DNA of 32,000 nucleotides from positions 1,410,001-1,442,000 of the forward strand of contig NC_010296.1 of NCBI RefSeq assembly GCF_000010625.1, written 5' to 3'. Under the pieces are notes generated by a model. The model did not search any database and was not told where the DNA came from. It was given only the letters and a program-made list of their open reading frames with translations. The stretch comes from Microcystis aeruginosa NIES-843 (lineage in GTDB: Bacteria > Cyanobacteriota > Cyanobacteriia > Cyanobacteriales > Microcystaceae). Made by a program: the position numbers and the translations under genes. This document shows positions 7,640-16,568 of this stretch, piece after piece (position 1 is the first letter of the stretch; each line of letters starts with the position of its first letter).

Positions 7640-8956
7640 ATGAGTCAAAATCCCAATTCTTCCTCGCGACCACTGCAGCCGCTGCCGGTTCCCTCCATGC
7701 CGATACCTCCCTCAGAAATCACGGGAACCAGCACGGGGACAACTCAAGAAATGACGCAACAAGTGGCGACACCGACCAAAAACGTGCCGAATATGCCGCA
7801 AAATGGTCAAATTTACGCCCCACGTCCTCCCCAAAATCGCGCTCCCAGTCAGGCTGCTTCTCCCCAAACCCCACCCCGGCCGGGTCGCGCTCCCAATCAA
7901 CCCACCTTAGAACATTTGATCCGGATGGCCTTTGATCGGGGTTATTCGGACGTTCACCTAGGAGTTGGAGAACAACCCCGGATGCGGGATCGTGGTGAAA
8001 TGATTATTCTCAACTATCCTGAAATTGACATCAACACTTTTTATAGTTGGTTACGGGAAATCCTAGGAGAAGAAGAAATCCTTCGCTTTAAAAAAGATCT
8101 AGAGTTTGACGGTGCAACTCAGTACGAATTCGCTAGGGTGCGGATTAATATCTTTGAAAGTCTGCGCGGTCCGGGGATGGTTTTGCGTCTAATTCCCCTG
8201 AAAATCCTCACTGTGGAACAATTGGGCTTACCGGCTGTGTTCCGGAATGTGTGCGATGTGCATAAGGGATTGATTTTAATCACCGGTCCGACGGGTTCAG
8301 GGAAATCCACCACCCTAGCAGCCATGGTCGATTACATAAATAAAGAACACGCCAAACATATTATCACCATCGAAGACCCGATCGAATTTGTCCATCAAAG
8401 TCGTCGCAGTTTGATCAAACAAAAGGAAGTGGGAATACACACCCATGAGTTCGATAATGCCCTAAAAGCCTCTTTGCGGGAAGACCCAGATATTATTCTG
8501 GTGGGGGAGATGCGGGACAAATCCACCGTTAATACTGCCCTGAAAGCTGCCCAAACTGGTCACTTAGTTATGGGAACCCTGCACACCAACAGCGCCGTTA
8601 AAACCCTGGAGCGGATTTTAACTCTTTATACCGCCGAGGAACGGGAATCGATGCGGGTGGCGATCGCAGAATCCTTGGTTTGTATTATTTCCCAGGGTTT
8701 ATGTCGCACCACCGACAGTAAACGGACCGCTTTTCACGATATTCTCGTCAACACAGAAACCGTCAAAGATTACATTTGCAGCGGCAAAAATGACGAAATT
8801 ATCGAATTAATGAGAGATGGCGAATATGATGGCATGATTACCACTAATCAATCTCTGTTTAACCTCTATCAAGAGGGACGGATTAGCGATGAGGTCGCCC
8901 TGGAAATGTCCCCGGTTCCCAATGAAATGGCGATGATGCTGCGGGGTAGAATCTAG
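7640..8956 (+). CDS. pilT: Type IV pilus retraction ATPase PilT family (PilT2-like, with a Pro/Gln-rich N-terminal extension)
   Basis: Walker A GPTGSGKSTTLAAM, Asp box IEDPIEF, Walker B ILVGEMRD, His box GHLVMGTLHTNSA. The track starts at TTG 7634; ATG 7640 is more likely. About 90 aa of low-complexity P/Q/T-rich N-terminus. Confidence 0.85.
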   Translation: MSQNPNSSSRPLQPLPVPSMPIPPSEITGTSTGTTQEMTQQVATPTKNVPNMPQNGQIYAPRPPQNRAPSQAASPQTPPRPGRAPNQPTLEHLIRMAFDRGYSDVHLGVGEQPRMRDRGEMIILNYPEIDINTFYSWLREILGEEEILRFKKDLEFDGATQYEFARVRINIFESLRGPGMVLRLIPLKILTVEQLGLPAVFRNVCDVHKGLILITGPTGSGKSTTLAAMVDYINKEHAKHIITIEDPIEFVHQSRRSLIKQKEVGIHTHEFDNALKASLREDPDIILVGEMRDKSTVNTALKAAQTGHLVMGTLHTNSAVKTLERILTLYTAEERESMRVAIAESLVCIISQGLCRTTDSKRTAFHDILVNTETVKDYICSGKNDEIIELMRDGEYDGMITTNQSLFNLYQEGRISDEVALEMSPVPNEMAMMLRGRI

Positions 8957-9046
8957 AAAAACCCTGAAGGAAATCCTTGAGGGGTCAAGAGTTTAGTAGT
9001 CTAGAAAAATAGAAGCTCCTATTGATTCCCTAGGGGAACCCCTCAA

Positions 9047-9793
9047 GTGACCACTTCCGCGATTGTGTTGCCCGATATTTTTAAAGGCATCGCCCTGTTT
9101 ACCCCCGGGGGCGACCTGATTTACTGTATCGATCCTGATAAACAAACTCATTGGCATCTGAATCTCTGCGCTGCTCTCCAGTCCGCTTTAGGGTTGCCAG
9201 AACCCCCCCATTTTTTAGTTCCTAGTTTTACCGCTACCATCGATCGCTGGCGAGATCCCTACAGTCACCGTATTCATACTAGAGCCGAAGTCTATCCCCT
9301 TGTCCGTCGCTATCAGCCTTTATTAAATGCTATTTTCGCCACGGACGAGCGAGCTTGGTTTACTGTACCTTGGCAGGAACAATCCTCTAATCCCACTATC
9401 TTAGAAACCTATCGTCAGCAGTTTCCCCAACTTTGGCAATCCCACGATCTGATTCTCCGTTATCAGGAGCGCCCCGCAACGACTTCGGGGATTAGTGCTG
9501 ACTCTGACTATACTAACCCTAGTCCCAAGGGTTATGTTTTGCGGTTATTTGTCTCCGGCAATAATGCCAATACTAAACACACCCTAGAATCGATCCATCA
9601 GCTTCTAGAGCGAGAATTACACCATCCCTATACCCTGAAAGTGATCGATATCTCTAAGCATCCAGAACAAGCGGAATCTAATCATGTCTCTGCTATTCCC
9701 ACTTTAGTCCGGGTTTGGCCGCAACCGGTGAAACGCATCATCGGCGAATTTGAGGATTTACCGCGAGTATTACAGATTATCGCCACCGCTTAG
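9047..9793 (+). CDS. Elongated KaiB-family protein (N-terminal ~150-aa domain of unknown function plus a C-terminal KaiB/thioredoxin-like fold)
   Basis: The C-terminus YVLRLFVSGNNANTKHTLESIHQLLERELHHPYTLKVIDISKHPEQAESNHVSAIPTLVRVWPQPVKRIIGEFEDL aligns by eye along its whole length with KaiB (YVLKLYVAGNTPNS...[25 protein letters not shown]...PPVRKIIGDLSD). GTG start. Confidence 0.8.
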   Translation: MTTSAIVLPDIFKGIALFTPGGDLIYCIDPDKQTHWHLNLCAALQSALGLPEPPHFLVPSFTATIDRWRDPYSHRIHTRAEVYPLVRRYQPLLNAIFATDERAWFTVPWQEQSSNPTILETYRQQFPQLWQSHDLILRYQERPATTSGISADSDYTNPSPKGYVLRLFVSGNNANTKHTLESIHQLLERELHHPYTLKVIDISKHPEQAESNHVSAIPTLVRVWPQPVKRIIGEFEDLPRVLQIIATA

Positions 9794-10035
9794 GGTTTAA
9801 AGACTTCTGACTCGATTCCTCGCCACCATTCGCCCAATTTCATTAAGTCTTGCTGAATATCATCCAATTCTTGGATATATTCCTGTTGGGAAAGACTAGC
9901 GCGACGTTCTTGCAGTTTTTTGAGACGCAATTGCACCAACAGCCAAGGCTTAGAAATACCGTTAGTTTCTTCAATATAGCGAGCAATATCCTGACTATCC
10001 ATAGTTTTTACTGTTATTATCCTATATTTTGTCAA
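9790..10035 (-). CDS. Small hypothetical protein (70-81 aa)
   Basis: ORF only. AAGGAG lies 12 nt upstream of the TTG at 10035. An alternative ATG at 10002 gives MDSQDIARYIEE.... Predicted helical. No recognised family. Confidence 0.4.
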   Translation of the reverse strand: MTKYRIITVKTMDSQDIARYIEETNGISKPWLLVQLRLKKLQERRASLSQQEYIQELDDIQQDLMKLGEWWRGIESEVFKP

Positions 10036-10073
10036 ATTAACCTGAGACTCCTTTTTTTTAGTTGCAGAAGATT

Positions 10074-11735
10074 ATGTTTGATTTTAGCCACTATTACCCC
10101 TACGCCGAATTAGTTTCTTTCCTCAAAAACCTAGCCTCATCCTATCCTAATTTAATTAGCCTCACCTCGATCGGTAAAAGCTACGAAAATCGAGATATCT
10201 GGTTAACTACCCTAACAAATCAAGCCACAGGCCATTATTTAGAAAAACCTGCCTATTGGATCGATGCTAACACCCATGCGGGGGAAGTAACAGGCTCTGC
10301 CGTCGCTCTCTACACTATCTCCCATCTTTTGCGCCAATACGGTCATAATTCCCAAATTACCAGACTTCTTGACCATTACACTGTCTATATTTTGCCGCGA
10401 TTAGCCGTGGATGGAGCGGAAAAATATCTCACTACTCCCTATCTGTTACGCTCGAGTATTCGCCCCTATCCCCACACGGATGAGAAACCGGGGCTATATC
10501 CTGAAGATATTAACGGCGATGGTTTAATTCTACAAATGCGCCAAAAAGATACCTGTGGCGCTTGGAAAATTTCTGAACAAGATCCTCGCATTATGGTGCG
10601 TCGCGAACCGGAGGAATTTGAGGGAACTTTTTACACTTTGCTCACCGAAGGTTTAATCCGCGATTACGATGGCTATAATTTTACCACTGCCCCCACCCTA
10701 GAGGGCCTGGATTTTAACCGCAATTATCCCGTTTATTGGGTTCCTGAAGGGGAACAACAGGGGGCCGGAGATTTTCCTTTTTCGGAGCCAGAAACCCGTG
10801 CAGAAGCGGAATTTTGGGCAAATAACACTAATATTAATGGCTTCGTTACCTATCATACCTATTCAGCAGTCATGTTGCGTCCCTATAGCACCCATCCCGA
10901 TGAATATTTCCCCGTGGAAGACTTAGAAATGTATAAATATATTGCTGACAAGGGAAAAGCAATGACTGGTTATGAATGCGTTTCTGTCTATCACGATTTT
11001 CGTTATCATCCCAAAGAAGTGACTAACGGTGCCATGGATGATTACGGTTACGATCATTTTGGTTGGTATGGTTTTACGGTGGAGTTATGGGATGCACCCA
11101 CCCAAGCGGGAGTGAAAAAAGATGATTATATTCAATGGTTTCGCTGGCATCCTTTGGAAGATGAATTGAAGTTACAGCGTTGGAATGATGAGAATTTGGC
11201 GGGAAAGGGTTTTATTAATTGGCAAAGTTTTGATCACCCCCAATTGGGAGAGGTGGAAATTGGCGGTTGGGACTTTAAAAATGTCTGGCAAAATGCCCCA
11301 GAAAAGTATTTACCAGATTTATGTGAGAAACAATGTCAGTTTACTATTGCCCATGCTTTAATGTCACCTCTTTTAGCTATCTCTCGTCTTGATCTTAAGT
11401 CGGAGGGAAATGGTATTTATCATCTGGTTTTACAGTTAGAAAATCAGGGATTTTTACCCACTTATACCAGTAAAAAGGCACTGGAAAGAAAGATCGTTCG
11501 TCCCATTCAAGTCAAGTTAAATTTAGCCGATGAGGTGAGTTTAATAGTGGGAAAATTAGAGCAGGAAATCGGTCACTTAGAAGGGCGATCAAATAAAGTA
11601 TATAGTAGCCTCGCTCATGGTTTAGATTATCGCTGTACGGTGGAATGGGTGATTAAAGGAGTTTCTGGTCAAGAAATCGAGATTATCGCTATAGCTGAAA
11701 GAGCCGGAACAGTCAGACAAAAAGTGATTTTATAG
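10074..11735 (+). CDS. M14-family zinc metallocarboxypeptidase
   Basis: Zinc-ligand HxxE motif (DANTHAGEVTG), a downstream His ligand region (VTYHTYS), and the N-terminal YYPYAELVSFLKNL typical of the M14 fold. The track starts at TTG 10062; ATG 10074 is preferred. Confidence 0.8.
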   Translation: MFDFSHYYPYAELVSFLKNLASSYPNLISLTSIGKSYENRDIWLTTLTNQATGHYLEKPAYWIDANTHAGEVTGSAVALYTISHLLRQYGHNSQITRLLDHYTVYILPRLAVDGAEKYLTTPYLLRSSIRPYPHTDEKPGLYPEDINGDGLILQMRQKDTCGAWKISEQDPRIMVRREPEEFEGTFYTLLTEGLIRDYDGYNFTTAPTLEGLDFNRNYPVYWVPEGEQQGAGDFPFSEPETRAEAEFWANNTNINGFVTYHTYSAVMLRPYSTHPDEYFPVEDLEMYKYIADKGKAMTGYECVSVYHDFRYHPKEVTNGAMDDYGYDHFGWYGFTVELWDAPTQAGVKKDDYIQWFRWHPLEDELKLQRWNDENLAGKGFINWQSFDHPQLGEVEIGGWDFKNVWQNAPEKYLPDLCEKQCQFTIAHALMSPLLAISRLDLKSEGNGIYHLVLQLENQGFLPTYTSKKALERKIVRPIQVKLNLADEVSLIVGKLEQEIGHLEGRSNKVYSSLAHGLDYRCTVEWVIKGVSGQEIEIIAIAERAGTVRQKVIL

Positions 11736-12197
11736 AGCTATTTTGTTCGATAAAATTGTTAAATAAGTCTCGTTAGATTCCGTGGGTAAAACTCGTAGTT
11801 TTTGGCTGCGAAGATCTGGTTCTAATCCCAAAGCTTCTAAAGGAATTACTCCTAATAAGTTGTTTTGACCTCCAGGTAATTCCAAACATTCAAAAGTCCC
11901 TTCCCGTCCCGCAATAATCAAGGTGGCATCGCGAAAAATTCTCGCTTTTCCTATGCCTTTAGCCGTAGCCACATCTACTTCTTTTAAAAGCTGTAAACCC
12001 AAGCGGGAGATGACTTCCGGCACCAGACAAAGAGTAGTTGCCCCCGTATCCACCAAGACATTTTCTAGGGTAAGAGAGCGAATTTGTTCCGGTGCGATCA
12101 TACCATCCTCCGCACGAATTTGATCGGCGCGATTAATAACTGTAATGCTGGTGTAGATTTTGCCCATATCTTCTGTAATAACTGCTGGCTCAACCAT
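11730..12197 (-). CDS. Retropepsin-like (clan AA) aspartic protease, single domain
   Basis: Active-site motif LVDTGATTLCL and the LLG..LE..GL flap/dimer region. An alternative start at 12167 (MGKIYTSITVIN) matches the usual N-terminus of this family. Confidence 0.7.
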   Translation of the reverse strand: MVEPAVITEDMGKIYTSITVINRADQIRAEDGMIAPEQIRSLTLENVLVDTGATTLCLVPEVISRLGLQLLKEVDVATAKGIGKARIFRDATLIIAGREGTFECLELPGGQNNLLGVIPLEALGLEPDLRSQKLRVLPTESNETYLTILSNKIAL

Positions 12198-12262
12198 AAG
12201 ATTACCCTCAATTCTACCTTCAATTATACCGGAATAATTGCCAACAACACTGTCTGGTAATT

Positions 12263-13255
12263 TTAATTATTAATCCGGCCATCGGGCATAATTGCACCGC
12301 GGAAGTTAACTCCCATCAGATTAGCACTCATTAACTCGGCACGAGTTAGATTAGCATTGCTTAAATCGGCACCGGTGAGATTTGCTCTAGCCAAGAAAGC
12401 ATCGACTAAATACGCTTCGCTGAAATTAACTCCTGAAAGATTAGCCCTTCTTAAGTCAGCATGATTCATTCTTGCTGCTTGAAAATTAGCTTGACTAAGA
12501 TTAGCTCGCTCGAATTTTATTTGAGTCATAATTGCACTATGGAAATTTGCCTGCATTGCTTCCGTATCGGTCATTTTTGACCGCACTAAATTGGCTCCCG
12601 CTAGATTTGCCCCCACTAAATGCGCCCCGATTAAATTAGCATCAGTAAGTAAAGCATCTTGGAGATTAGCATTAGTTAAATCCGCTTTTCTGAGGTCAAC
12701 ATTGCACAAATTAGCCTCCTTTAAATTGGCTCCTACTAGATTTGCTCGCACCAGATCAACCCCTTTCATATTAGCCCCTTGCAGGTCGGCGCAGGAGAAA
12801 TTAGCTCCTTGTAAATTAGTGTTATGATTTTTATTTTCCTGACGCATATTTGTTCCCCGCAAACAAGCACCAGTGAGGTTAGCACCACTTAAATTAGCCC
12901 CCCGTAAATCCGCCCCGATTAAGTTAGCATCAAGTAACGTCGCTAGGGTTATATCGGTATCACGAAGATTAGCCCCTTGTAGCATCGCTCCGTGTAAATT
13001 GGCACTGCGTAAATCTGCCCCATTTAAGTCAGCTTGGTTGAGACTAGCACCGCTTAAATTAGCTGTCACAAGATTAGCTTGAGCGAGATTAGCCCGGTTA
13101 AGATAGGTAAAGAGAAGATTGGCTCCGTGCAGATCTGCTTCATTTAAAACAATGCCAATTAAGTCAGCACCAACTAAATTAACTCCTGGTAATTTTAAGC
13201 CACTAAATTGAGTTTCTCCCGCGGCATAACGTGCAATTAATTCGTTGGGTTTCAT
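12263..13255 (-). CDS. Pentapeptide-repeat protein
   Basis: 330 aa, almost entirely A(D/N)LxG/A pentapeptides (ANLSGANLTGACLRGTNM...). The antisense ORFs are shadow frames. Confidence 0.9.
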   Translation of the reverse strand: MKPNELIARYAAGETQFSGLKLPGVNLVGADLIGIVLNEADLHGANLLFTYLNRANLAQANLVTANLSGASLNQADLNGADLRSANLHGAMLQGANLRDTDITLATLLDANLIGADLRGANLSGANLTGACLRGTNMRQENKNHNTNLQGANFSCADLQGANMKGVDLVRANLVGANLKEANLCNVDLRKADLTNANLQDALLTDANLIGAHLVGANLAGANLVRSKMTDTEAMQANFHSAIMTQIKFERANLSQANFQAARMNHADLRRANLSGVNFSEAYLVDAFLARANLTGADLSNANLTRAELMSANLMGVNFRGAIMPDGRINN

Positions 13256-13288
13256 AGGTAGAATATCCAGATAAATTTTAGTAAAAAA

Positions 13289-14497
13289 TTAAAGAATTTT
13301 TCGTAAAGTTTGCACCAGAATACTGACGGTTTGAACGTTAGCATCCGGATCCATTTGGGTTTGAGCAATATTGTATAGTTGAATTTCGATATCCTTGAGA
13401 GATTTCCCACTTTGGATGAGTTGTTGTAGTAAATCTTCTAGGGTATAACTTCGCAGAGTTGACCAATCTTGACCGCTCCGATCCCAAGGATGAAATAGGA
13501 GCGAGAAAATCAATATTTTGGCTCGTAAAGGATTAGCATACTGGAAAATTTCTAAACGAGTTTCAAAGGGGTCATAGGCGGTAATTTGTGGGAAATTACT
13601 GGTATTGTTATTTGAGGAAGCCGGCTCGGCCAAGGGCAATTCCATTCCTACTTGCGGTTCATTTAGATTGATAATCGAAGAGGCAAAATCCACAGGTTCA
13701 CTTCTAGAGGGGGAGAAACATCTGGTTTTAGCCGCAGAATCAGAATCATTCTTTAGATGAACTATTTGATTGTTCAAGATTTGACTTTTTGACTCATTAT
13801 CCTCTTCTTCGTCATCGTTATCATTATCGTAAAGAGGCTCTAGTTCGGTAAGAATAATATCGGCTAGGGCTAGGTAGAGAGCTTTTTTATTAATCTTTTC
13901 GGCAACTTGCTTGAAAGTTTGTCGCAAGCTTAGGAAATTGGGATTGTTTCGCTGAAGTTCTAAAACAATATTTTTTAAGCCATAATTATTAATCACCGCT
14001 TGATCGTTTTCCCAACGATTTTTACAAGCGGCAAACATTAATTTTTGAATTCTCGCTGTCTCTCGATGATTTTCTATTCCACTAACCACCTGTCTTAATA
14101 AATTATCTTCCTCGTTGTTGACATCATTATTAACGGTGGTGAAGCTAGGGTTAACTTCTGGCTCTACCAGTAATAATTGATTGTCGTAGGCGGCAGCAAT
14201 ATTACTATATAATTGACTGATTTGCTCGATAATAACCGTGGCTACTCCCAGATAAACTTTAGGACGATTGAGGGTTTTAACTAATTTATAAACAGAAAAA
14301 GTTAATTGTTCTTTATTGGTTTTCAGTTGCACTAACTCCTTCACCAAGTCTTCCATAGCCACAGTGTTCAAAATATTAGGCTCATTTTCCCAATATTTTT
14401 TACAGATACAAAAGATTAATTTTTTGATCCGTAATTTTTCTTCGTGGCTGTCGAGATAGCGAACTACATCATTAAAAACGTCGATGGATAATTGCAT
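13289..14497 (-). CDS. Hypothetical protein with three copies of a ~100-aa domain separated by acidic low-complexity linkers
   Basis: Internal repeats are visible by eye: KLRIKKLIFCICKKYWENEPNILNTVAMEDLVKELVQ, then ARIQKLMFAACKNRWENDQAVINNYGLKNIVLELQ, then RAKILIFSLLFHPWDRSGQDWSTLRSYTLEDLLQQLIQ. Confidence 0.6.
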   Translation of the reverse strand: MQLSIDVFNDVVRYLDSHEEKLRIKKLIFCICKKYWENEPNILNTVAMEDLVKELVQLKTNKEQLTFSVYKLVKTLNRPKVYLGVATVIIEQISQLYSNIAAAYDNQLLLVEPEVNPSFTTVNNDVNNEEDNLLRQVVSGIENHRETARIQKLMFAACKNRWENDQAVINNYGLKNIVLELQRNNPNFLSLRQTFKQVAEKINKKALYLALADIILTELEPLYDNDNDDEEEDNESKSQILNNQIVHLKNDSDSAAKTRCFSPSRSEPVDFASSIINLNEPQVGMELPLAEPASSNNNTSNFPQITAYDPFETRLEIFQYANPLRAKILIFSLLFHPWDRSGQDWSTLRSYTLEDLLQQLIQSGKSLKDIEIQLYNIAQTQMDPDANVQTVSILVQTLRKIL

Positions 14498-14859
14498 AGT
14501 AACCTCTGATCCGAGAAAGGAGCCAGCCCTCGCACGCCTCTACTATAGCGGTATGCTATTGGTCTCTCGCGAGTCAGCTTGCCAGAATATATAAGTTATT
14601 CCTCGCTTTTAGTGCCTGAAAATATCCTAACCTAAAAGCGTGGCACTATTGAGTTGGGGTTGCTGGATCTGGTCTATCTTCCCTAAGAGTACCCAGCCTA
14701 ATTCCTAAAATTAGCAAACGATTATTTTTTCGCCTGGCTCGTTTTTAGTACAAATGTTCAGACAAAATCGGAGTAAAGTCTTTAAGTTTAGACGACCGAT
14801 GCCCGATAGGGTTAGAGTAATCAGGGAGAAACTGATTTATCGAGAGGCCATATCATCCC

Positions 14860-15657
14860 ATGCTAGAACTCTACCAATTTGAATTATCTGCCTATTGTGA
14901 GAAAGTCCGTCTCATCCTCGACTATAAAGGACTTGCCTATAAAAAAAGGGACGTGGTGCCGGGGGTGGGACAATTGGAATTATTCCGTCTTTCCGGACAG
15001 CGACAGGTTCCCGTCCTCAAGGATGGCGATACTTATATTGCTGACTCGACGGAGATTGCTTTTTATCTCGATCGCAAGTATCCTGAAAAACCAATTATCC
15101 CCACAGATCCCCTACAACGGGGTCAATGTTTATTAATCGAAGAATGGGCCGATGAATCCCTGGGATTAAAAGGAAGAACCGCTTTTCTCGGCGCTTTTGC
15201 CCAAAATCAAAACTTTCGTACCGCTTTTTTACCCCAGGAAACTCCCGGTTTTATGCGCTTGTTGCTGGGTTCTATGCCGGGGGAATTAATTGATATTTTG
15301 GGGGCAGGTGTAGGTCTGGGAAAAGATGCTATCAATACAGCGAAAAAGGGGCTACAACAGGATTTAGAGGCTTTGAACCTCATTTTAACCAATCGTCCCT
15401 ATTTAGTCGGTGATCAGCCCACTTTAGCCGATTTAGCCGTGGCGGGATTAAGTGTACTGCTTCAGTTTCCCCAGGGTTCCTATCTCAACTTGCCCAGGGA
15501 ATTGCAAGGCAAGGGGATTCCGGGGTTAGCCGATAATAGCGCCTACGAGGGCTTTTTTGCTTGGCGCGACCGTCTTTATAGTCAATACCGTCAAACTATC
15601 ACCCCGGGAAGTTCCACCCCTCCTATCGATTCCCCCAACTCCATCCAGATTGAATAG
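14860..15657 (+). CDS. Glutathione S-transferase family protein
   Basis: N-terminal thioredoxin-like GST fold (LELYQFELSAYCEKVRLILDYKGLAY...QVPVLKDGD..IADSTEIAFYLD) and a C-terminal helical domain (PTLADLAV). Confidence 0.8.
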   Translation: MLELYQFELSAYCEKVRLILDYKGLAYKKRDVVPGVGQLELFRLSGQRQVPVLKDGDTYIADSTEIAFYLDRKYPEKPIIPTDPLQRGQCLLIEEWADESLGLKGRTAFLGAFAQNQNFRTAFLPQETPGFMRLLLGSMPGELIDILGAGVGLGKDAINTAKKGLQQDLEALNLILTNRPYLVGDQPTLADLAVAGLSVLLQFPQGSYLNLPRELQGKGIPGLADNSAYEGFFAWRDRLYSQYRQTITPGSSTPPIDSPNSIQIE

Positions 15658-15676
15658 CAGCGCTTGACTAGGCTGG

Positions 15677-15783
15677 TGGGGTTTGGGGTGTAGGGTGTGG
15701 GGTGTAGGGTGTGGGGTGTGGGGTGTGGGGTGTAGGGTGTGGGGTGTGGGGTGTAGGGTGTGGGGTGTAGGGTGTGGGGTGTG
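15677..15783. repeat. Tandem heptamer array (GGGGTGT / AGGGTGT), ~15 units
   Basis: Counted by hand. The array ends exactly at the 5' end of the first group II intron. Confidence 0.95.
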
Positions 15784-16568
15784 GTGCGATTCGTTGGCTA
15801 GAAACTAGACAGTAAGACGTTTAGAGGATTAGCCGCTTGGTAAATGTAGTACCTTGATAACTTTATAACCCTACAGGTGCGGGTTAGTAATAACCTTAGT
15901 CCTGTCCTCTAGATGCCTAGAGTGACGGCATTTCCTGCTGCTTTAGACTTGGTACATCTGAGGTAGTGAGCGAGGAAAAAAAAGCGGTATCTGATAGCCT
16001 AAATCAGAAACCCGTTGAGCCAGAACCTATGGATAGCCCTGGGGCGAAGATACGAATTAACCATCGTCAACACCCACGAGCCAAAAGGCTGACAGGCTCG
16101 AAACAAAAGTTAACAGAGTTGGGGCTGATAGCTCATACCACTATCAGTAAGGCATTCCCGTTACTCTGTTGTGGACAGTATCATCCTAAGGGTTCAACCA
16201 ATGGTTATAGGGAACGAAGTAACCCTGATTGACTCTGCCCGTTCGGGGCAGTAGGAAACCATCCGCAAGTCAATAGAGGGAGAGGATGTCCTTAAAAGCC
16301 AAGGCTTTGAGTAATATCAAAGATATGCTGACAAAGGACGGGTAACTAGGAAGTCTAAGCAACAATCAACGGTCATATACGCCCTAAAACCAACAATCTT
16401 GTCTGGTGGGGATACAGCCAAGAGGGTTGAATAGACAAGGAAATAATAATTCCCATTATTATTCTACTAATGACAGTAGCCTAGTTACTCAGGAGCCGGA
16501 TACGGCGAAAGTCGTAAGTCCGGTTTTGAAGCAGGGGGTGGGAAGGCGACTTCCTGCTCTACTGTAAC
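15784..16568 (+). ncRNA. ORF-less group II intron, copy A (785 nt)
   Basis: 5' GUGCG at 15784. Domain V at 16493-16526 is GAGCCGGAUACGGCGAAAGUCGUAAGUCCGGUUU: 34 nt, AGC triad, 2-nt bulge, GAAA tetraloop. Domain VI has the helix GGAAG-GCGA-CUUCC and an unpaired A (16561) 7 nt before the 3' terminal ...CUGUAAC. Domain IV is reduced to the hairpin AATAATAAT-tccc-ATTATTATT (16442-16463). No reverse-transcriptase ORF. Confidence 0.85.

Noticed and set aside
15677-15783. Telomere-like GGGGTGT repeats as evidence of a linear replicon end
   Set aside because: The arrays are internal, occur in both orientations and are flanked by ordinary chromosomal genes. They fit cyanobacterial STRR-type repeats.
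15966-16232. 88-aa ORF, duplicated exactly at 16751..17017, which could be taken for a duplicated small gene or an intron-encoded protein
   Set aside because: It lies in domains I-III of the group II intron RNA. It has no RT, maturase or endonuclease motifs (no YADD, no thumb/X pattern), starts with GTG and has no RBS. Its duplication is explained by the 785-bp intron duplication.
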